Source: a virus. Taken from it: a DNA stretch of 64,000 bases. The notes under the pieces are model-generated. The model made no database searches, had not been told where the DNA came from, and was given only the letters and a program-made list of their open reading frames with translations. Shown here piece after piece: positions 56,603 to 64,000 of the stretch; the first letter of the stretch is position 1; each line of letters starts with the position of its first letter. Both the position numbers and the translations under genes were made by a program. The stretch is from positions 63,192 to 127,191 of the IMG/VR virus record IMGVR_UViG_3300035696_000014. One strand, written 5' to 3'.

Positions 56603-57604
56603 TCACCGAGCAAGCGAGGTCCTGGCAGCATAGTCTAGCTTGTCGCGGAACGAATCAAGCCAGGTGAACGCCGGTGCAGAGGCGATCAGTTGCTTGACTT
56701 CGGCCTTTGACAGCTGGCCCGGGTCGGTGTCTTCCGGCAGCCGGGCGATCCTGACGCTTACATCATACTCCGCCAGCTTACGAGCGATCAGCGGAGTCTT
56801 CTTCACCTTCATGTCGTCATCCAGCACCAGGACAACCGGCGTCCCGTGCGCGATGATGGCATTGAACAGCGCGCTCTCTTCATTGAGATCGCTGCCCAAC
56901 AGCGGCACCGCGTTGTCTGGACACTTCATCAGGTCGAAGGTGCCTTCGCATAGGGCCAGCTCCTGGCCCCACTCGATGTTGAGCTCATTGAAGATGATCG
57001 GCAGCTTATCCTGGTCGGGATTGTCGTACTTGGGCTTGCGGAACTTGTCGATGGCCCGACCCACGAAATAGTTGAGCTCTCCGTTGGCATCAAAGGAGGG
57101 CACAATCACCCGACGCTTCCACCGTGGCTCGTCGCTGTAGCCCAGCTTGAAGTACCACATGTCACGTTCGTCAATGTGTCGGGTGCCCAGGTACTTCCGG
57201 ATCGCCAACACATCGGGATCTCGCATGCTGGCAGTGACCAGCAGCTTGAAGTCCTTGGGTAGCGTCAGCTTGGGAGGTTCTTCGATGTCGATGACCAGGC
57301 ACCGGTTCTTGCGGTCCGACGCCGGCATGAAGCGCTCGACGTACTCGACCAACTGGTCACGGCTGCCGTACTTCCTGATCAGGGGTGCCAGGGTGTGGGC
57401 CTTGTAGCCACAGGTCCAGCAGTGACACCTGTCGTCTTCGATCAGGATCGCTAGCTTCTTCTTGCTGTGGTCGCGCGGCGCACAGATGGGACAGCGGACG
57501 TCAAAGTTCCTGCCGTTCCTCGCCAGCTTCCCCGACCCGAAGACGCTCTCGATGAAGCGGACCTTGTCGCTGATCGTAACCAGGGCCACGGGCCCATCGT
57601 ACAC
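56603..57604 (-). CDS. DNA primase (Zn finger + TOPRIM; gp61/DnaG-like)
   Basis: CPIC...CHCWTC, RVIVP, FVGR, KY, CEG-x-FD, LDDD, DPG. Confidence 0.9.
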   Translation of the reverse strand: MYDGPVALVTISDKVRFIESVFGSGKLARNGRNFDVRCPICAPRDHSKKKLAILIEDDRCHCWTCGYKAHTLAPLIRKYGSRDQLVEYVERFMPASDRKNRCLVIDIEEPPKLTLPKDFKLLVTASMRDPDVLAIRKYLGTRHIDERDMWYFKLGYSDEPRWKRRVIVPSFDANGELNYFVGRAIDKFRKPKYDNPDQDKLPIIFNELNIEWGQELALCEGTFDLMKCPDNAVPLLGSDLNEESALFNAIIAHGTPVVLVLDDDMKVKKTPLIARKLAEYDVSVRIARLPEDTDPGQLSKAEVKQLIASAPAFTWLDSFRDKLDYAARTSLAR

Positions 57605-58201
57605 TCAGTCTTCCTTCTTGGACTTCTTCGGCTTCTTGACGGGAACGACGACGCCCTCGACGGCAGCCGCCCTGGCGATGACGTAGGCGTCTGTCGCATC
57701 ACGGGACCAGTCGGCGACGGCGCCGTTCTTCTTCGTGGGCCAGGACACGCCCTTCAGGTCGTTCTCGCTCATGTGCTTGAAGACCTGTTCTTTCTGTGAC
57801 ATGCCGGCGACAGATGTTCTCTGAAGCTTGACACCGCAGGTCTTCCGTGCGTGGTTGGCGCTGATGTACTCGGGGTCAACACCGAACTGCTTCCGGGCCA
57901 GGTTGCTGACGATGCCGTTGAACCGCAGGAGCATCGAGATCGTCTGCGCGCTCGACATCCCGGGCCGGAACCCCATCAGCGGCTCTTCCAGCACGATGCG
58001 GGCGATGTGGTGGATCTTCTCCAGATCCCAGAGGTACTTCTCGACCCGGTCGACCTTGTCCCAGAACGTCTTACATCCCTTGAACTCGATTCGATCAAGG
58101 ACCTTGATGTTGCTCTGGTAGCCGTCGGGCTTCGCGCTACCGTCAAGCACACAGACCCCCGTGCACGAGGTGCTGACATCGAGGCCCAAGATGATCGCCA
58201 T
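57605..58201 (-). CDS. RuvC-like Holliday junction resolvase
   Basis: ILGLDVSTSCTG, IVLEE, K-x-x-V, DATDAYVIA. Confidence 0.85.
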   Translation of the reverse strand: MAIILGLDVSTSCTGVCVLDGSAKPDGYQSNIKVLDRIEFKGCKTFWDKVDRVEKYLWDLEKIHHIARIVLEEPLMGFRPGMSSAQTISMLLRFNGIVSNLARKQFGVDPEYISANHARKTCGVKLQRTSVAGMSQKEQVFKHMSENDLKGVSWPTKKNGAVADWSRDATDAYVIARAAAVEGVVVPVKKPKKSKKED

Positions 58202-58238
58202 GGGCAGATCGTGGCCCACCGCGCACCCTCGTAAAACC

Positions 58239-58637
58239 CTACTTCAACAGGCCAAGGAGCTTCAGCTCCTTCTCGGTCAGCACCACCAGGGTCACTTGGT
58301 GGGCCTGACACCACAACGCTGCCGCCTTCAGCTTCTTCTGAACGCGGTCCTGGTCCAACTTCCGCTTCGGCTTGATCTCGACCAGGAGTTGCTCGCCGTC
58401 ACGCTGCTGGACCAGGAAGTCGGGCCAGTACCAGCGCACCTTGCCCGTCTTCTTGTTCGACACATACGGGATCCTGACGTCTTCGTAGCGATAACCCACC
58501 ACGTCAGGGTTGGCGTCCAGGTGGTGCATGTACTCGAGCTCCCAGCCCGACCTGTAGTGGCACTCCTGGCCCGTCTTTGGAGAGACATGGACACCAGTGT
58601 GGTACCTGCGCTTCTTGCGTCGTTTCTTGGTTGCCAT
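58239..58637 (-). CDS. Head completion nuclease (T4 gp4-like, TnsA N-terminal PD-(D/E)xK)
   Basis: YRSGWE, YE-x-x-x-IPY, YWPDF, VEIKP. Confidence 0.85.
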   Translation of the reverse strand: MATKKRRKKRRYHTGVHVSPKTGQECHYRSGWELEYMHHLDANPDVVGYRYEDVRIPYVSNKKTGKVRWYWPDFLVQQRDGEQLLVEIKPKRKLDQDRVQKKLKAAALWCQAHQVTLVVLTEKELKLLGLLK

Positions 58638-61486
58638 CAGAAGTCGTACTTCACCTTGAACATGATGCGGTCACCAGTGCGCTTCTGAATCGGCTGCGCC
58701 AGCTGGGTCTTCATCACCACGTTGAGGTCGCTGTCATGGAAGTTGATGTTGGTGATGTAAACGAAGGAGTCCTCCGGATCGTTCGGGTAGCCCGTTGGCG
58801 GCACTGCCAGGTAGGCTGGGTTGCTCGACGAGTTGAGCTGGTTGTTGGGGGCGATGGCATCAATCTTCAGGACGTGGACGTTCTGAGTGCCTTGCAAGTA
58901 CATGCTGTACTGGTTGGCACCGTAGAAGTAGAGGTGCGGGCTCTTGATGATGACCTCGCCCTCGTCGTAGTAGACGTTGCCAACACTGTTCCAAGTCGAC
59001 TGGCTTGTCAAGCAGTCAGCACGGTAGACGGTGCCGTTGCCGTCATCAGCTAGGGTGATGTGGATGGGTCCGACGAAGCTCGCAGTGTTGGACAACACCT
59101 GGGATGCCACCAGGCTCGAGAACATCAGGTCGGGTTCGGTGAACTGCAACGAAGTCGGGTTGATCCTCATGCCGTAGAACAGGTTGCTGATGTCAAAGAC
59201 CACCACCTCGTTGCTGGAAGGGTCTTGCGTTGCTTGGAACACGTCCAACGGGCACCCGGCTTCGACATCTGAGCCTGAGGACACCGTGTTGAGGTAGTTC
59301 ATCAGAGCCGGGCCCGCAGGAGCGAAGGGAGTCGTTGTCGTGGCTCCGAGCTGGATGTTGGAGAAGGCACTGGTCTGTGAAGCGGGTTGGCTGCCGTCGT
59401 CGAACGAACCTGGGCCGAAGAGCAGGGTGCTGGTCATCACCATGTTGTCCAGGTTGATGAAGGACAGCTCTGTGACGCCCAAGTCAGTGACTGCCGTCGT
59501 CAAGCTCTCGGACACCAACAACTGGAAGCTGGGGACGAACAGGCCGTCGTCGCAGGGCAGGATCGTCAGGTTACGTTTGACGACGTAGGGCTGTCCATAC
59601 AAGAACTCATTGCAGATCTCCGCATCAGTTGATGTCTGGATCGCCACCCCTGTCAGGTGGTACAGCATCGGAAAGTTCTCACTGCCCAGGTCCTTGACGA
59701 AGTTGTCAAGGTTGATGTAGTGACCAGCGACGCCGAAGGACAGTGCTACGCTGAAGGGCTGCGTCGTTGCTCCGTTGACCTCCTCGAAGGGTGTCACCAG
59801 GATGCCACCGTGGTCATTCACGAACTGCTTGTAGGGAGACTGGTTCGTGAAGAAGGGAGGCACGTAGAAGGCGAAAGTGTTGTCCAGGAAGGTGGGCCCG
59901 TTGCTGGCGCTGGTCGCGATGTCGAGGTCCGACATGTAGCACCGTCGGATAGCGATGTCATGCAGCTCGGCATTCAACGGGTGGGCGAAGGAGTAGCTGT
60001 TGGGGGTCTCGATGCCGTAGTCCTGCCATAGCACGTTGAGGCCATCACGCGTCGCCGGGTCCAGGGCAAAGAACATGGCCTGAGCGTTGTCGCTGTTGTT
60101 GGGCCCGTCGTAGTAGTTGCCGATGCAGAGGACCGAGGGCTCATCCTGAGTGACGTCTGGGATCTTGCCGTACGAGTGGCTACCCATCACCACCAGGTCT
60201 GCCAACGACGGAGTGATCTGCTGGTACGGGACCTGGAAGGTTCCGACATCAACGCCGTCCACGTTGAAGGTGCCGATGCCGTTGTTGGTGTAGACGGTGC
60301 CCCACCTGACCACGACGTGGTGCCAGTTGTTGAGCCACAGGACGTTGTCGTCCGACATGAAGCATAGCGTCGTCGGTGGGATTGCCGCCCCGGAGCTGGC
60401 TCCGAAGGTGCCCGGTGCGATGTACCATTCACCCGACGAGGACAGAAACAGCGAGCTGGGTGGGATGTCCGCAGATGATGACAGCTGGAGCTGCAGGCGG
60501 AAGCCCACGGGCCTGCCGTTGGTGTCCTTGCTCGACCCGGTGACCAACGACAGGGCGAAGGTCGACGACAGGTGCATGATGGTACCCGCCCTGAACTCGC
60601 CCCAAGGCTCGTCGGTGGTGTACCGCGGGTTGATGTGGAAGTCGAAGCTGAAGGAACCCGAGGGGGTGTAGGTGCCGCTTGGGAAGTTCTCGTGGTAGAC
60701 CAAGCCCCCATCACCGCCATCGATGTTCGGGTACATGATGACGCTGTCTTCGGGCACCATCGAAGCGGTGAAGAAGTTCAGCGTGTTGTAGTTGGTGTAG
60801 GCGTAGTGGGCCGTCGGGTACGAGGTGCGGTAGTAGGTGTTGAGCTGGTCCTTGATCACCTGCTTACGCAGTGTGTTGCTGTTGAAGACGGGAGGCGGGC
60901 TGAACCGCTGCACGTCTAGCACCTCCTGGAGCCGCGTTGCTTGCGGCTGTGCCGCGCAGCCGATCAGGTACTGGTCAAGGATGGCCGGAAAGTTCGCGGC
61001 TAGCTGCTGGTTGCTGAACTGGAAAGTTCCCAACGCCTGGTAGATGCCAGTTCCAGGTGACACCATGGTCCCGGACACCAAGTAGGCAACGCCGCTCGAG
61101 TACGACAAGACGGGCCACTCTAGGTCGTATGACACCGGCTGTTCTGAAGGATCCGTGGAGGTCGGGTAGAAGACACCGACCAGGACGCCGTTATCGAAGG
61201 TGCAAGTGTACTCACCCGTCGCCGTCGTGTAGCCCGAGGTGTTGCGGATGTTCTTGCCGACGATCTGGACCTGCCTCAGCAGCGACGACAGGTCGGCATC
61301 GTCCATGGTCGATTCGACGAACGAAGAGTCGGGCTGGATGTCCTTCTGCGTCTGCGAATGGCGTGCATAGAGGTAGACCGAGCCGGTCGCGCCCTGCAGA
61401 GACGAAGACGTGTACGTCCTGATCGGATTGGTGACGACGGTGAACGTCTCGTAGTCTGATGGGTCCAGGGGGTAGATCGACGGCAT
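58637..61486 (-). CDS. Large virion structural protein with LamG/concanavalin-like domain, 949 aa
   Basis: NNWHHVVVRW...FNVDG; C-terminal GNVYYDEG...NSSSNP...YITNINFHD...FKVKYDF. Confidence 0.75.
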   Translation of the reverse strand: MPSIYPLDPSDYETFTVVTNPIRTYTSSSLQGATGSVYLYARHSQTQKDIQPDSSFVESTMDDADLSSLLRQVQIVGKNIRNTSGYTTATGEYTCTFDNGVLVGVFYPTSTDPSEQPVSYDLEWPVLSYSSGVAYLVSGTMVSPGTGIYQALGTFQFSNQQLAANFPAILDQYLIGCAAQPQATRLQEVLDVQRFSPPPVFNSNTLRKQVIKDQLNTYYRTSYPTAHYAYTNYNTLNFFTASMVPEDSVIMYPNIDGGDGGLVYHENFPSGTYTPSGSFSFDFHINPRYTTDEPWGEFRAGTIMHLSSTFALSLVTGSSKDTNGRPVGFRLQLQLSSSADIPPSSLFLSSSGEWYIAPGTFGASSGAAIPPTTLCFMSDDNVLWLNNWHHVVVRWGTVYTNNGIGTFNVDGVDVGTFQVPYQQITPSLADLVVMGSHSYGKIPDVTQDEPSVLCIGNYYDGPNNSDNAQAMFFALDPATRDGLNVLWQDYGIETPNSYSFAHPLNAELHDIAIRRCYMSDLDIATSASNGPTFLDNTFAFYVPPFFTNQSPYKQFVNDHGGILVTPFEEVNGATTQPFSVALSFGVAGHYINLDNFVKDLGSENFPMLYHLTGVAIQTSTDAEICNEFLYGQPYVVKRNLTILPCDDGLFVPSFQLLVSESLTTAVTDLGVTELSFINLDNMVMTSTLLFGPGSFDDGSQPASQTSAFSNIQLGATTTTPFAPAGPALMNYLNTVSSGSDVEAGCPLDVFQATQDPSSNEVVVFDISNLFYGMRINPTSLQFTEPDLMFSSLVASQVLSNTASFVGPIHITLADDGNGTVYRADCLTSQSTWNSVGNVYYDEGEVIIKSPHLYFYGANQYSMYLQGTQNVHVLKIDAIAPNNQLNSSSNPAYLAVPPTGYPNDPEDSFVYITNINFHDSDLNVVMKTQLAQPIQKRTGDRIMFKVKYDF

Positions 61487-61533
61487 TCAGGCTTCCCCAG
61501 CGTAACTATACCCCGCACCTGGGGGCCAGGCGG

Positions 61534-61929
61534 TCAACGGTACGGGTGATCGGTGTACCGCGACAGAGGGAGATACTCGACCTTGAATCCAATGCCTTCG
61601 AGCTTGGAAGCCACCATCTGCGCCTGGAACCTGGCTTCTCGGTCGTTGTCCGCGTCCAAGGGAACAGCAAAAGCGGAGTCATGCTGGTCGACGGTCTCCT
61701 TTTCTGCGCGTGTCAGGTTCTGCATCATGGGACCACCGATCTGGGCATCCTGGAACTGTCGCAGCCTCATTGAGGCCCGCTCGTTCTCGAATGTCTTCCA
61801 GTCCCAAGCGACAGCAACGACGTATTCACCACGGCCCCGGTGGAATGGGCCATACACGTGCATCGGGAGCTCCAGGGGTTTCAGCTCCTCCCCCAGCAAC
61901 CGTCTGATCTCTCCCAGGCGCACCCGCAT
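61534..61929 (-). CDS. Hypothetical protein with MRVRLGEIRRLLGEE N-terminus, 131 aa
   Basis: TACTTA 5 nt before the ATG; shared motif. Confidence 0.7.
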   Translation of the reverse strand: MRVRLGEIRRLLGEELKPLELPMHVYGPFHRGRGEYVVAVAWDWKTFENERASMRLRQFQDAQIGGPMMQNLTRAEKETVDQHDSAFAVPLDADNDREARFQAQMVASKLEGIGFKVEYLPLSRYTDHPYR

Positions 61930-61940
61930 GGGTCTAAGTA

Positions 61941-62174
61941 TCAGTCCGTCTCCGGACGCTGTTCTACCTCTTCCTCGGGCTCAGGGTTTTCCTGGGTCAC
62001 CAAGGGGGTCACGGTGAGGTACTGCAACCCGTTGTAGGTGGAGGACTGGGCCATGAGTGGGTTCAGCTGCTCGTTGAGCCAGGCATCAAGCTCGGCAGGA
62101 GAACACGCGCATCGCCTGCAGATCGAGCAACCCCTCTTGCATCGGGGGCAGTTGATGCAGTAGTGAGAAGCCAT
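61941..62174 (-). CDS. Small Cys-rich protein, 77 aa
   Basis: CINCPRCKRGCSICRRCAC; TGATG coupling. Confidence 0.55.
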   Translation of the reverse strand: MASHYCINCPRCKRGCSICRRCACSPAELDAWLNEQLNPLMAQSSTYNGLQYLTVTPLVTQENPEPEEEVEQRPETD

Positions 62175-63406
62175 CAGAAGTCGAGGCGGACGCGGAAGGT
62201 GAGGTCGCGCTCTGGGCTCTTCTGGACGGGACGGGACAGCTTAGCGACAGCCAGCAAGTTGTCGTTGGCGTCGTACATGCCGACGCTGGTGATGTAGGTG
62301 AAGGTCTGCTCAGTGTCCTCTTGGCCCACGTCAATGACGACGATGCGGTTCGTCGTGTCAGTGAAGGTTGGGTTCGACGAGTAGTTGAACTCATCAGCCT
62401 CAGCGCGGCAGAAGATCAGTGTGGAGTTGATGTTGGTGACGTTCTGGAACGTCAGAGCCGTCTGGGATCCGGAACCAAGCCGGCACGAGGCGATGTGGTC
62501 GATGATGTTGTCGATGGAGGCGCTGACGACGAAGTCAGGGATGAAGGCCGACAAGAACTGCGTCTGGGTGCCCGAGGCACCGAGGACAGTGTCACCGAGC
62601 GGCGCCATGGCATCGATGGTGCCCGACATGAACTGGCTGGCGCTGGTGATCTTGGACAGGTCCAGCACCAGGATGCCACGATCATAGAACATCAGGCCAA
62701 CGTTGCGGCTGGTGTTTGCCGAGTCGACAACGTTGCCGACCTGTCCACCGAAGGTCGACAGCTTGTTGGTTGCCGCACCGATGTCGGTGTAGATGGCGCT
62801 GCCGCTGGTCGACGTGATGAAGAGGTTGGGGGTGCAGTTGCCGTTGGTCTCGACCGGGCTGACACCGTCAGTGGCCGTCTCGATCGACGCGGTCTGGAAG
62901 AACCGCATCGCGAAGGTCTCACGCTTGATGCTGTCACGAGCAAATAGGCGCTTGAAGGCAATGAATAGGGCGACGTCGATCTGGTCACTCGGGTTGCTGC
63001 TATTCAGCGGAGAGGTGAAGACGCTCGTGTTGGTCCCCAGCAGCGCTGTGGCGAACTGCCGGTAGATGTCCATCTTCTCGCGCATCATCAGCGATGAGGA
63101 CGGGAATAGCTCTTTGCCGGCGCTATCGACGCCGGTCTGGCTGGTGAGCTCTGTGGGACCACCGGGTTGCAGGCCCATCGTCATGTCGAAGATGGCGTTG
63201 GCTGTCTGCAACGTGAAGTCCTGGTCGTACACCGTCTGGAACAGCGAGCTGGTGACACCCGGGCCGATGCCGCCGGTGACGAACACCTGGTACTTGCGCC
63301 GTGAAACCGAGCCGGAGACGTCCTCTTGCAGGACGTCGATGAGTTGATTGAGGAAACTGCGAGCTGTCTTGATGTCGCTCGGGAGGATCTCTTTGAAAGT
63401 TGCCAT
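62174..63406 (-). CDS. Virion structural protein (baseplate/collar type), 410 aa
   Basis: VGLMFYDRG...FNYSSNPTF...YITSVGMYD...LAVAKLSRP...RVRLDF; paralogous C-terminus to 58637-61486. Confidence 0.8.
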   Translation of the reverse strand: MATFKEILPSDIKTARSFLNQLIDVLQEDVSGSVSRRKYQVFVTGGIGPGVTSSLFQTVYDQDFTLQTANAIFDMTMGLQPGGPTELTSQTGVDSAGKELFPSSSLMMREKMDIYRQFATALLGTNTSVFTSPLNSSNPSDQIDVALFIAFKRLFARDSIKRETFAMRFFQTASIETATDGVSPVETNGNCTPNLFITSTSGSAIYTDIGAATNKLSTFGGQVGNVVDSANTSRNVGLMFYDRGILVLDLSKITSASQFMSGTIDAMAPLGDTVLGASGTQTQFLSAFIPDFVVSASIDNIIDHIASCRLGSGSQTALTFQNVTNINSTLIFCRAEADEFNYSSNPTFTDTTNRIVVIDVGQEDTEQTFTYITSVGMYDANDNLLAVAKLSRPVQKSPERDLTFRVRLDF

Positions 63407-63409
63407 TTG

Positions 63410-63943
63410 TCAGTTCTCCTGAGCCTTCTGCCAACGCTTGAACTGCCCAGCGCTCAGGTTGGCGCGTTGCTCCGGGGTACGCTTCTTGCCTCGGCAGGCT
63501 GCGGCACGATTCGCAATCTCCTCAGTTGACTTGGGCCGACCTTTGTGCGTGGCCGAAATCTTCGCACGAGCTTCAGGTGATAGCTTCCTACCCAACGCCT
63601 TCTGCCGGATCTTTTCGCGACTCTCGGCGCTAAAGCTGTACCCAGGCAAACCTCCGTCGCCGCCGAACGTCAGGTTGTAACCGCCCTCGGATACGTGGCT
63701 GTGAAGCTCTCGGATCCAGTGTATCTCACGTGTCTCCAAGACATCATCAGCACACTCTTCCAGGACTTGGCGTTCGAACGCAATAGCGCCGTGAGCTGTG
63801 AGTGCCCGGCTGATCAACATCCTGGTGTCGCCGCGACGGGCGCTTGCCAGGTGACCCCGCCAGCGGACCTCGAGCGGACGCCGAGTCTTGCCGACGTAGC
63901 GTTTGCCGTTCTCAGTGTTCCGGAGCAGGTAGATGATTGCCAT
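63410..63943 (-). mobile_element. Free-standing GIY-YIG homing endonuclease with NUMOD3-like repeats
   Basis: IIYLLRN-x-x-NGKRYVGKT, RW-x-x-H, E-x-x-WI, GYN-x-x-x-GG, then SAESREKI, SPEARAKIS, TPEQRANLS. Confidence 0.9.
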
Positions 63944-63945
63944 GA

Positions 63946-64000
63946 TCACAGGTTCTGGTTGATGGAGATCTGGATGTCCTGCACCGCACCGGACTGGACA
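63946..64000 (-). CDS. 3' end of an upstream gene (partial)
   Basis: Reads ...VQSGAVQDIQISINQNL* with stop at 63946-63948. Confidence 0.6.
   Translation of the reverse strand, partial: VQSGAVQDIQISINQNL

Noticed and set aside
63410-63943. Group I intron around the GIY-YIG ORF
   Set aside because: The flanking genes end and start within 2-3 nt of the ORF, with no space for a ribozyme core.

Overview
This 64-kb window is a high-GC (roughly 60-65% by eye) segment of a large contractile-tailed phage with T4-like (Myoviridae-type) morphogenesis genes, in the standard genetic code. Nearly all genes are on the minus strand. In transcription order (right to left) it holds: a free-standing GIY-YIG/NUMOD3 endonuclease; two paralogous baseplate/collar-type structural genes; a gp4-like head-completion nuclease; a RuvC-like resolvase; primase; an SbcD/SbcC (gp47/gp46-like) pair; terminase large subunit; portal; prohead protease; peptide deformylase; scaffold; major capsid protein; an accessory island (tmRNA, SAM methyltransferase, IscU, SGNH lipoprotein, DUF4031-like); a cluster of repeat-built fibre/spike genes; a two-gene plus-strand cassette; neck proteins; tail terminator; two tandem sheath genes; tail tube; tail-assembly chaperone; tape measure. 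The most notable observations are five. (1) The Mre11/SbcD nuclease domain is split between two translationally coupled genes, with an acidic tail on one half and a basic head on the other. (2) A TA(C/G/T)(T/C)TA motif precedes about 20 genes and lies 5-7 nt before the ATG in seven of them, which suggests leaderless late mRNAs. (3) A short M(R/K)x(T/S)xx(Q/E/D)L(R/K)x(I/L)(I/L)xE motif is shared by about ten otherwise unrelated small proteins and the scaffold, a candidate capsid-targeting/protease-cleavage tag. (4) The tail chaperone has a probable +1 programmed frameshift at TTT-CTT-T. (5) The fibre genes are assembled from shuffled repeat modules. All assignments come from motif recognition by eye; no searches were run.
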